Assembly (NCBI GenBank): GCA_038087875.1
Contig: CM075989.1
Coordinates: forward strand, 1,178,001 to 1,242,000
DNA from: Malacoraja senta
Lineage: Eukaryota
Direction: 5' to 3'
DNA: 64,000 bases
Position numbers and translations under genes: made by a program. The notes below the pieces were generated by a model that saw nothing but the letters and a program-made list of their open reading frames with translations, had not been told where the DNA came from and ran no database searches. Below are positions 52,401-64,000 of this stretch, one piece after another (the stretch's first letter is position 1; every line of letters starts with the position of its first letter).

Positions 52401-55208
52401 ACTGTAACACCAAGACACTTACACACCACAAGCTCCGCATTATAAATAAAACAAGATGCGAATCTGTGTATTGCACTCAGTATGGCTTCTGACCGTTCAT
52501 GCTTTATATTTCACACTGAGGCAGGCGGCATGGCAGTTTCATAATTCAACAGCTTGAGGGGATTTACTGTGAAAGTGAATTTACAGTATTTTCATGTAAT
52601 TCAAATGTTTGGACAATTCCACAGTTTAAATGTTGAACCACATTTAACATCAAATCATAGCACTTATGTTTTTAATGGGTCTCATAGATATTAGTGTTGA
52701 TGACAATTAGTGTCATGCCAACAGCAGCAGGAAATTGAAGATTCTCTGTAAAATAAGGTGGTTTCAGAACGAATATGATTTGAGAACAAGCCAGAGAGAG
52801 TTATCATTAAAAGCATTGACACATGAAGTTGGAATTCTTAATATTGTGCTAACTTTCCTTGAGATATCTGTAGAGGTGTTATCAGTGATTGGGTTGGGTC
52901 CGCGCCAGGTTTTAAAACAAATCGAAAATCTAATCCAACAGCACAAAAATAAGTGCAGGAGAAGGGCCTTCGAGCCTTCGAGCCAGCACCGCCATTCAAT
53001 TTGATCATTGTTGATCATTTAAAATCAGTACCCCATTCCTGCTTTTTCCCCATTTCCCTTGATTCCTTTAGCCCTAAATGCTAAATCGAACTCACCCCTG
53101 AAAACAAGGAACTGCAGATGCTGGAAAAAACACAAAGTGCTGAAGTAACTCAGCGGGTCAGGCAGCATCTCTGTAGAATATGGGTAGGCAACGTTTCTGA
53201 CTGATTGTGATAGGGAGGAGTTGGCTGGACAAGAGTTTGTGTGGTGCAACAGAGCCTGGCAAGTGATAGGTGGATACAGGTGAGCGGGATTGATTAGCAG
53301 ATGGGTGGACAAAGGCCAAGATGAAAAGGAGACAGAAGACTGTGAGATAGGGAGAGATGTGAGTTGTGTGGCCAGAGGAAGGGATGTAGGTGGAAGGAGA
53401 TGGGGGGAAGGGTAAAAGGGGGAAGAGATAATGGGAGAAATTGGTGTGCATCCACATGGGGCACAAAAGAGGGGGGACGAAAAAGGAGTGCAGGGGGTGG
53501 GGGGGGTTATTAGTTAGTCACTATTGCCACAGTAAGGCTACATGCAAACTGGAGGAACAGTACCTCATATTCCACTTGGGTAGCTTACAACCCAGCGTTA
53601 TGAATGTTGAATTGTCCGATCTTTTTTCTCCTCCTTATCTTCCCTGTGAAATTCATGCCTCTTATCTCCTTATTTCACACCCCTTTTTGTCTCAGTTTCT
53701 TCTCTGGCCTTTATCCACCCAACTGCCAATCAACTTCCTCAGCTGTATCCACCTATCACTTGCTAGGCTTTGTCCCGCCCGCACCTCTCCTTCAGCTTTC
53801 TTCCCTTTACTACAATCGGTCTAAAGAAAGGTCCCAGCCTGAAACATCAGCTGTCTATGCTCTCTGGTGATACTACTTGGCCTGTTGATGATTTCACAAA
53901 ATCTGTCAGAGAATGGATCATGCAACTAAAAAAAAATTACTTATCCATGCGCCACATACATTGGTGCCTAAACTCGCATTTGCTGCCTGTCTGTGACTCC
54001 GTAGGGGTGCCTTGCCGACCCATTTTGAAGGGCATTTAAAAAATACAATATTTTTGTGGGTCTGTGGTCACCTGGGCAAGGACAGGACATTTCCTTCTCC
54101 AAATGAAAGCTAGAAAGAACCAAAGTAGGATCCAAACTCATTCTCCAGATAAATTATCCATATATTTGGGAACCAGTCCAAGAGCTTAATTATCATACTA
54201 CTGCACAGGTATTTTGGAGAAAGTTATATAAGTGATTACACTTATGGTTCTAAAAGAATAAACTTTATCTGAGGTAGACAAAAATGCTGGAGAAACTCAG
54301 CGGGCGAGGCAGCATCTATGGAGCGAAGGAAATAGGCGAAGTTTCGGGCCAAGACCCTTCTTCGATGCTGCCTCACCCATCTGCAGTTCCTTCTGAAGCT
54401 TTATCTTGGTTTAGTTCAGTGTAGTTTAGAGATGCAGCATGGAAACAGGCCCTTCGGCCCATCAAGTCCGTACCGAACAGTGATCCCTGCAGACTGACAC
54501 TATCCTACACACACTAGGGACAATTGACTATTTTACCAAAGCCAATTAGCTTACAAACCTCTACGTCTTTGGAATATGGGAGGGAACCAGAGCATCCGAA
54601 GAAAACCCACGTAGGTCACAGGGAAACTCCATACAGACAGCACCCCTAGTCAGGATCAAATCCGGGTCTCTGGCGCTGTGATGCGGCAGCTCTACCGCTG
54701 CTCCACTGTGCCGCCCCTAATGTTACACATTAACATTAATTGAGAAAATAACTATCTTGCTTATATGTATTGAGCGTCAAGTCTTTAAACTTCACCGTTA
54801 ATGCAATGAGTCACAGTGTGGGGTCTGAGACTCGACAGGGACAACAGCGGCATAGAAAGAGAGAAACATGGAAAATAGGTGCAGGAGTAGACCCTTCGAC
54901 CCTTCAAGTCAGCACCGCCATTTAATATGATCATCGCTAATCATCCAAAATCATCCTGCTTTCTCCACATATCCCTTGATTCCGTTAGCCCAAAGAGCTC
55001 TATCTAACTCATCCAAGTAAGTGAAGGAGCTCTGATACCAGGAGCAAGGAGGGTATCTGACCAAGCTCAGAATACGTTGAGTTAACCTTTTGATTAAGTA
55101 AGGATTGTAATCTCTCGGAGAAATATAGAGGAATAAGATTTAATTGTCTCCTGATAGATGGAGTTATGTTGACACAAAAGCATCATTTTCTGTGCCTCCT
55201 TGTTGCAG

Positions 55209-55296
55209 GGATGCAGCCAGTGTTGTATTCAGTCCACGAGGCCTTGTGTGGAAGAGCTCAGTGGGTCCGAGCAGGCACTGATATCTCCTATTACAG
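55209..55296 (+). CDS. AGBL1: AGBL1-like exon
   Basis: gttgcag|GG...TACAG|gtacga; 88 nt, phase 1 to 2; [29 protein letters not shown](R). Confidence 0.95.
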
Positions 55297-55962
55297 GTAC
55301 GATTTCCTCATTTGTTATCTGTTATCATGGTTGGGTTGAGTACAAAAGAACAAAGGAAGCTCTGTGTCGTTATGTGTTGTAGCCAGCCTGCTGAATATTG
55401 GGTGAATGGGATGAGAAAGGATGGTCTGATCTTTATATTGACGTTTATCCCAACTCCACCAGTGGTTTAAGAATGCAATTAAGGAGAAGGGTTTAGTGGT
55501 ATTGAATGTGTGTTGTCACCACAGTGCTCACACCCACATGATCACTCTGTAAACCCTGCCCACTCCAATTATGATCACTGACAACTGTCTACAGAAACGC
55601 TGGCACAGAAACTGATTATTTTAACTTATTGTACTTGCACCAATATGAGACCTAACCATTTACTCCGATTTATTTTGTGACTGGCTTTATTCCATTTCAT
55701 TATTAACAGCATATTTAATGGTCAGTACTGGAGTAACATATTCTTCTCCGAGATGCTGGGCAGCACGGTGGCCCAGTGGTAGAGTTGCTGCCTTACAGCA
55801 CCAGGGACCCGGGTTCCATCCTGACTACGGGTGCTGTCTGTATGGAGTTTGTATGTTCTCCCCGAGACCCGCGTGGCTTTGCTCCGGGTGCTCCAGTTTC
55901 CTCCCACACTCCAAAGACTTACAGGTTTTTGCTGGTTAATTGGCTTTGTAAAAATGGTAAAA

Positions 55963-56433
<471 letters not shown>

Positions 56434-58069
56434 TTAGTGTGCAGGGATCTCTGGTCGACGCGGACTCGGTGGGCTGAAAGGCCTGTTTCCGTGCTGTATC
56501 TCTAAACTAAACTATGCTGAACTGGACTGGATGTCTTTCAGTAACTATTCCTTTACAATCTTGCATCTTCTGTCAGCATGACCTACAGTGACAGAACAAC
56601 AATCTGTGAGGCTATCTATTCTAAGGTTACTGCAGTTTCACAGAATTCCCAATGATTTGCTGAGTCCAGTAGTGGGGTTTTATAACTTTTATTCAAGCAC
56701 AACGGTTATACGGCATCAGAACAAAGCATAAAAATATCTGCAGACCTCAACTAAAAACTGAACTTATCATAGCTAACAAAACAATGGAAATGTAACTAAA
56801 GGACTGAAGAGTGAACATGATGAGAGACAAAAGACACTAGTCTAACACACTGGCCTTTTACAAAACAGAATACAGAAAATCAAGCTTTCCTTCTCTGTAC
56901 AGGGTGATTTGACAACAGCTGTCCAGGGTGAAAGCCGTCAGGGTTAAATTATTCTGCAGCCAGCTGGACCTCTCGGTACTTCACGGAGACACAGCTTTTG
57001 CAGCCGCCTGTCTTATCAGAAACAACCATCCTTGGAGTTCCTTCAAACGTGGCCTATTTCCTTCGCTCCATAGATGCTGCTGCACCCGCTGAGTTTCTCC
57101 AGCATTTTTGTGTACCTTGGATTTTCCAGCATCTGCAGTTCCTTCTTTAACACGTACATCCTTGGAGTCTCACTGGACAGTTACATTTTAATTTGAGTTT
57201 TCCAATGTTTTTCCGGCTAACTTTTTCACACAGAGGGTGATGGGTGTATAGAACAAGCTGTCAGGGGATGTAGTTGAGGCTGGGACTATCCCAATGTTTA
57301 AGAAACAGTTAGATAGGTACATGGATGGCACAGGTTTGGAGAGAAATATCAATTGCAAATTACTTCTGACAATAATCAATGCAGCCATTTAAAAATCATG
57401 GATAAAAAATGGACGCAACTTTGGCCTCATCACACGGGTAAGAATTTATTCTAAACTTTTCCTTTTACTGTTAACTGTTATTTTCTGTCAATTTCTCATT
57501 CTTTTATCGAGCCGGATGTCTTTCCAGTTAGTTTGGGCCTGAAAGAAGATCAAAGGCTTCAAAAAAAAACAACAAAATAACTGCATTGATTTTATCTATG
57601 TGGAGTGTGTGTGTTCTCTCTGTGATCCCATAGATATCCTGTGGTTTCTCTGGTTTCCCAATCACAGGATGGTGGGTTAAATAGCGGCTTTAAAGTTACC
57701 CCCGGTGAAAGCGTTTGATGGGAGACGCAGGGGCGTTTGGCAGTGTTGGTGCAGGATTCCCAAAAGGTTAATTCATAGGTTGAGTCAGTAGTAAGGGGTG
57801 GAGCAGGCACAACGGACTGAGTGGATACAAATATTTAAGAAGTGCAGATGCTGGAAAAATCGAAGGTAGACAAAAAAGCTGGAGAAACTCAGCAGGTGAG
57901 GCTGCATCTATGGAGCGAAGGAATAGGTGACGTTAAACGCTCGCCTACTCGCTCCATAGATGCTGCCTCACCCGCTGAGTTTCTCCAGCTTTTTTGTCTA
58001 CAGTGGATACAAATAGATAACTTTCACATGTTTATTTATCCTTTATAAAGATTACTCTTTTTTAGGATA

Positions 58070-58356
58070 ATTATTACTGTCACATGTACTGCGAACATTA
58101 TTACTGTCACATGTACTGCGAACATTATTACTGTCACATGTACTGCGAACATTATTACTGTCACATGTACTGCGAACATTATTACTGTCACATGTACTGC
58201 GAACATTATTACTGTCACATGTACTGCGAACATTATTACTGTCACATGTACTGCGAACATTATTACTGTCACATGTACTGCGAACATTATTACTGTCACA
58301 TGTACTGCGAACATTATTACTGTCACATGTACTGCGAACATTATTACTGTCACATG
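58070..58356. repeat. Perfect 27-bp tandem repeat, 10.6 copies
   Basis: Unit attattactgtcacatgtactgcgaac. Confidence 0.98.
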
Positions 58357-60481
58357 CATGCCATCCAAACAGATCAGATATACCATACACAGATACAATC
58401 TGTCCAAATGTAAATAAATAGATTACAAAGGGGAAGATCTAGAGGGATAATATAGTTCTCATCATTGTAGTGCCCCAGTTCCTTCAACAAAGGTACACTG
58501 TCCACAATGGGGTAGAGGTGAATTGAACAGTACCCTTGTTTGTGGAAGGACTATTCTGAAGCCTGAGAGGGGAAACTGTTCCTGGTGGTGCACACTTTCA
58601 AACTTCTCTACTTCCTGTCAGACAAGAGTCGGGAGAAGAAGGAATTACCAGGGTGGGCCTAGTCTTGGATTACGTTTTCCTTTTCCGAAAAATGTCTCAC
58701 TTTTTCCTGTACTTTCCTGTACAGGCTAGTTTGCCATCCCATTCATACAGAATAAAAATCTTCAGTGTTTAACCTGCTCCTCCTCTGATGTGTAACTCTA
58801 ACTGCTTCTGGAGTGTTTACCAGTCAGATCATTCTCTCGTGTGAATCGAACGGCCAACAAGTTATTACGCAAGGGAGTGTCACTGGAGCCTTCATCAAAA
58901 GAGCGCAGTGTCACAGCTGGTGGAGCTGCTGCGTCACAGTGCCAGTGTCCTGGGTTTAATCCTGACCTCCAGTGCTGTCTGTGTTGGATTTGCATGTTCT
59001 CCCTGTGACTGTGTGGGTTTTCTCCGGGTGCTCTGGGTTTCCTCCCACATCCCAAAGACGTGTGGGTTTATAGGTTAATTGGCCTCTGCAAATTGCCCCT
59101 AATGGTAAGGAGTGGATGAGATAGTGGGGTAACATAGAACTAGTGTGAACGGGTGGTCGATGGTCGGCGTGGGCCTAGTAGACGAAAGGGCATCTTTCCA
59201 TGAGTATCTTCAATCAATTTAAAACAGAAATGGTTTATTTTACAAAATGTTTTGCTTTCATCCATTTCCAATTTGTTTATTAATCAAAGTTGCTCTCATG
59301 CAGTGAGGTATTAATAGCACTGGCTTTCTGATACCACAAGATTTGAGAGATTTTTCGGTTGACAGTAAATTGTCTCTTTATTGACTGCCAGGTGGTGCTA
59401 TCGGTTTTTGTGTAGCTAACACAGAGTATGTGACATGCACCATATTATGCTTCTGGTTGGTAGTAGTGACTATTTGGAATGTGATTACTGGTGCCCGAGG
59501 GCACTACCTTTGTAAAATTTGAATTTTGCAGTGTGAGTTAAGACCTTTGATTCCCTCCCAACAATGGGAATGACTAATCTGAATTCACTTTGGGAGCGTG
59601 TTAAACTAACACTGGAATACAAATGAGTATTAATAGACCAAATGAAGCATAAAGCCCAGAACCTCTCACACATTGGTAACCTGGAGTTGTTACCATCAGC
59701 TGCGGGTTTCAGTGCGGCTTCTGTATGTCATCAGAATCTGTGCGATCAGACATCAAGATGGATCATTATTCAACAGAGATTAATACTGGGCACCTTCGTA
59801 ATGCATAGACTGCAGGGGGCTGTAACTACAATATAATCTGTGAGTTGGGTAGACGAGTCTATTTAATGGTTGTGCTGTGGACCTGGGACAGGGTGGGTAC
59901 AACACCAGACGCTGACTGCACAATGGGCAGTGGTAATGGATGGACATTATATCTGCATGGGTGGTGATATTACTGGGCTAATAACCTGTTCATTTAAGAT
60001 AACTTATCTCCACTGTGAAAGTGATTTGACGAGCTCAGTGATCCTGGTCCACACACCCCTCACCGTGGAAACGGTACTTCTTAGTTTAGTTTGGTTTAGT
60101 TTAGAGATACAGCACGGAAACTGGCCCCTTTGGCCAACCAGCAAACCCCGTACACTAGCACTATCCTACACACTAGGGTCAATTTTCAATCTTTACCAAG
60201 GCCAATTAACCAAAGTGGGCAGCACAGTAGAGTTGCTACCTTACAGTGCTAGAGACCTAGGTTTGATTCTGACTACGGGTGTTGTTGTACGGAGTTTGTT
60301 CATTCTCCCCGTGACCTGTGTGGGTTTTCTCCGGGTGTTCTGGTTTCATCCCACACTACAAAGATGTACAGGTTTGTACGTTAATTGGCTACTGTAAAAA
60401 TTGAAAATTGTCCCTATAATTTGTGTTACTGTGCTCTGTACAGACAGCACCTGTAAGTCATGATCAAACCTGGGTCTCTGC

Positions 60482-60972
60482 CTTTCAGAACACCTTTGAT
60501 AAGGTCCCACACAGGAGATTAGTGGGCAAAATTGGAGCACATGGTATTGGGAAAAGGGTATTGACAAGGATAAAAAAATTGGTTGGCAGACAGGAAACAA
60601 AGAGTAGGAATTAACGGGTCCCTTTCAGAATGGCAAGTAGTGGCGAGTGGGGACCACAAGGCTCGGTGCTGGGAACGTAGCTATTTACAATATATAATAA
60701 TGATTTAGATGAAGGGATTAAAAATCACATTAGCAAATTTGCAGATGACACAAAGCTGGGTGGCAGTGTGAACTGTGAAGGGGATGTTATCAGGATGCTG
60801 GGTGACTTGGATAGGTTGGGTGAATGGGCAGATGCAGTATAAAGTGGATAAATGTAAGGTTATCCACTTTGGTGGCAAGAAGAAGAAGGCAGATTATAAT
60901 CTGAATAGTGTCAGATTAGGAAAAAGGGAAGTGCAACGAGACCAGGGTGTGCTTGTACGTCAGTCACTGAAA
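60482..60972 (+). mobile_element. CR1 RT fragment
   Basis: FQNTFDKVPH, FADDTKLGG and KCKVIHFG motifs. Confidence 0.9.
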
Positions 60973-60974
60973 AT

Positions 60975-61360
60975 TCCCAATCTGACCTTTCTGTCCTGGG
61001 CCTCCTCCATTGTCAGAGTGAGGCCCAGCGCAAATTGGAGGAGCAGCACCTCATATTTCGCTTGAGTAGCTTACACCCCAGCGGTATGAATGTTGACTTA
61101 TCTAACTTCAAATAGCCTTTGCTTTCCCTCTCTCTCCATCCCCTCCCTCTTCCCAGTTCTCCCACTAGTTTTACTGTCTCCGGCTACATTCTATCTCTGT
61201 GCCGCCCACTCCCCTGACATCAGTCTGAAGAAGGGTCTCGACCCGAAACGTCACCCATACCTTGTCTCCAGATACAGGCATGCTGCCTGTTCCAGTGAGT
61301 TACTCCAGCATTTTGTGTCTACCTTTGATATAAATCAGCATCTGAAGTTCTTTCCTACAC
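60975..61360 (+). mobile_element. Penelope-like element 3' end with pLTR and hammerhead
   Basis: LSVLGLLHCQSEAQRKLEEQHLIFRLSSLHPSGMNVDLSNFK*, then a pyrimidine-rich UTR, the hammerhead and the shared downstream arm. Confidence 0.85.
61225..61252 (+). ncRNA. Minimal type-I hammerhead ribozyme motif in a Penelope pLTR
   Basis: cagt-CTGAAGAAGGGTCTCGACCCGAAACGTC-accc, about 110 nt after the PLE stop codon. Confidence 0.75.
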
Positions 61361-61851
61361 TATTAAATTATATGCCATTCTGACTGTGTATTTTCATGCC
61401 AGCCAGTCACTAAATCCAATGAGTTTCACAACATGCCTTCTTCTTCTTCTTCTTCTTGCGTTTGAGGCAGCAGAAGTTATGTAACGCCCTCCAGGCGCAG
61501 TAGCCAGTCGATGTGCTGTTGTCGAGGGCCGTTGAGTCTCCCACTCCACCAGGGGGGCGGAGGACAGCGCAGTCGAAAATGACGTGCTGCGTTGTTTGCT
61601 GGTCTGTCTACATGCACCTGGCAAGGTAAATGGTTGTGGGATATACATACTGTCCATCAGTAACCTGCAGAGTTGAGATGTGCAGTTGAGCATAGTTCAT
61701 ACAAAATAGATATCATGTGTCAGCCACAGAGGCAAAGCATACCTGCGTGTGAATCATAATCAATGGCTGTACTGTCATGTTATTTGAAACACAGCAGTTT
61801 TGACAAGTGGATCAAATGGTTGTTTTGATGAGTATTATTCTGTTCCCTCAG

Positions 61852-61996
61852 AAATCATTATTTCACTCAAGGAGCAGAGGATAAAGGAGGAAAAGAAACA
61901 GCATTTTACACTTTGACGTTCAACATCACGTTCCCGCATTCAAAGGATGTCTGCTATCTGGCATACCACTACCCGTACACCTACTCAACGCTAATG
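61852..61996 (+). CDS. AGBL1: AGBL1-like exon (YPYTY motif); the catalytic M14 exons lie beyond the window
   Basis: ccctcag|A...ATG|gtatgt; 145 nt, phase 2 to 0; NHYFTQGAEDKGGKETAFYTLTFNITFPHSKDVCYLAYHYPYTYSTLM. Confidence 0.95.
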
Positions 61997-62214
61997 GTAT
62001 GTGGCTTTCTTATAAAACAGCGGGCAGGTATTGCAACATCACTTCAACAAGAATCTGAGGGGTAATTTATTCACACAAAGAGTGATTGGTGTATGGAACA
62101 AGCTGCCACAGGAGGTAGTTGAGGCTAGGACTATCCCCACATTTAAGAAACAGTTAGACAGGCACATGGCTAGGTCAGGTTTGGAGGGATATGGGCCACA
62201 TGCAGACTGGTGGG

Positions 62215-62448
62215 ACTAGTGTAGATGGGACACATTGGCCGGTGTGGGCAAGTTGGGCTAAAGGGCCTGTTTCCACGCTGTATCACTCTGTGACTAGTGT
62301 AGATGGGACACGTTGGCCGGTGTGGGCAAGTTGGGCTGAAGGGCCTGTTTCCACGCTGTATCACTCTGTGACTAGTGTAGATGGGACACGTTGGCCGGTG
62401 TGGGCAAGTTGGGCTGAAGGGCCTGTTTCCACGCTGTATCACTATGAC
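62215..62448 (+). repeat. Three tandem 78-bp copies of a CR1 3' tail
   Basis: Units start at 62215, 62293 and 62371 (actagtgtagatgggacac...ccacgctgtatcac). Confidence 0.95.
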
Positions 62449-64000
62449 TCTGTGACTCTATGGCTGTCTGATTACATCTGCAGAACAAAGAGTAATGGAG
62501 TCACAAGTTCACAAGTTAGAGGAGTAGAATTAGGCTATTCAGCCCATCGAGTCTACTCCGCTATTCAATCATAGCTGAACTCTGCCTTTTAATCCCATTT
62601 TCCTGCCTTCTCCCCATAACCTTTGACACCTGTTCTAATCAAGAATTTATCTATCTCTACATTAAAAAATATCCACCGACTTGATCTCCACAGCCCTCTG
62701 TGGCAATGAGTTCCACAAATTAACTACCCTCTGACTAATGAAGTTCCTCCTCACACCCTTTCTAAAAGAGCGCCCTTTAATTCTGAGGCTATAACCTCTG
62801 GTCCTGGACATTCACTCTATCTGTGCCTTACGTTATTCTGTATTCTGTCCCCCTTCAACCTTCTAAACAGTGAATAGAGGCCCAGTGTTGTCAAACGCTC
62901 ATCATGTGCTCATTCCTGGAATCATTCCTGTACACCTCTGCTGGACCCTCTCCAGAGCCAGCACATCCTTCCTCAGATATGGGGCCCAATTGTGCTCACA
63001 GTAATCCAAATGCACCCGACCAGCACCTTATGGGGCCTCAGCAATACATCTCTGTTTTTGTATTCCAGTCCTCTTGATATAAATGCTAGCATTGAATTTG
63101 CTTTCCTCAATCAGCAAGGAAACAGGCCCTTTGGCCCAACCTGTCCATGCCGTCCAGGATGCACGATCTACGCTTGTCCCACCTGTCCACATTTGGCCCG
63201 TATCTCTCTCAACCTTTCCTATCCATATACTATAGCTGTCGGAATATCTTTAAACAGTCGGCAGATGTAATGAGCAATCTATCCCATTTTAAGATGATCA
63301 TAACAATTATCAAAGCCATCAAAGTAGGAAATATAATTACATTTCTCAGTGGAACATGAAAGATTTGTGCAAAAAGCAGTAATTAATTAACATCCTATAG
63401 AACCTGAGGCTCAGCTGAAACATATTCCACCGTGAATTTCTCCAGCTGATGGTGACACTGATGCCACTACCTTTGCTGTCCTGGCTATCATTAGTAGACC
63501 TTGGCGATGGACATCTGAGATAGAAAGTGGCCATGTTTTATTATTTTGCACTAACTCATGGTTTGTTCCTTAAATACAGTTTATTTGGTCTTGTTAATCA
63601 TTCTTCTCACTTTGTTATGCTCATGAATATCGGGTTATTCGGCAACATGATGGTGGGAGCTGATCACTTCACTACCAATGCATTTTGGTTCCAGAAAAAC
63701 TGCCAACATATTTTTAGGGAAATTGCTGACTTTGATACTGACAGTGGGCTCCTTTGTAGTGTCCTCCTGAATCAGACAGCCCTCCCCCTGAGCATGCCTG
63801 GATCCACAGAGAAGTGATACATCTTCTATGGTCCATTGAGCTGTAGTGTTAACGCTATTTCTCTCTGCACAGATGCTGCCTCATCTTAGTTTAGTTTTGT
63901 TTAGAGATACAGCACAGAAACAGGCCCTTCGTCCCATCGGGTCCACGGCGACCAGCAATCGCCACACATTACACGATCCTACACACACTAGTGACAATTC

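Noticed and set aside
58036..58413. CRISPR-like array or Cys/His-rich repeat protein (MYCEHYYCH)n
   Set aside because: Units are head-to-tail identical with no spacers, there are no cas genes, and the context is a eukaryotic intron.
63400..63530. Possible next AGBL1 exon (LMVTLMP resembles LVTITAMP)
   Set aside because: The surrounding residues do not match the expected YFRQDVLC...GN.CP segment and no suitable phase-0 open exon is present.

Overview
Eukaryotic, repeat-dense genomic DNA. The repeat content (HE1/V-SINE-like tRNA SINEs, abundant CR1 LINEs, Penelope-like elements) suggests a cartilaginous fish such as a skate or ray, but the species is my inference. The only host gene I can support is a + strand cytosolic carboxypeptidase, most like AGBL1/CCP4 rather than its paralogue AGTPBP1/CCP1. 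Ten internal coding exons lie between 685 and 61996 with consistent splice phases, and the gene runs beyond both window edges. The first exon has three apparent 1-nt indels (net +1). The introns contain: a DIRS tyrosine-recombinase retrotransposon with both termini and its internal complementary region intact; a CsRn1-like Gypsy element carrying nested CR1s, a Helitron, a CORE-SINE, a Harbinger MITE and an L1 fragment; further CR1 copies, two pairs of which form long inverted repeats; Harbinger MITEs; and Penelope remnants. The most interesting signal is about 15 dispersed copies of a minimal type-I hammerhead ribozyme motif (CTGAAGA-A-GGGT[YTCG]RCCC-GAAACGTY). They sit in a Penelope pseudo-LTR-derived module that is often arranged as a short fold-back unit, and three intact cores are in the sense of the host pre-mRNA. 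All family assignments come from recalled motifs; no database search was run.
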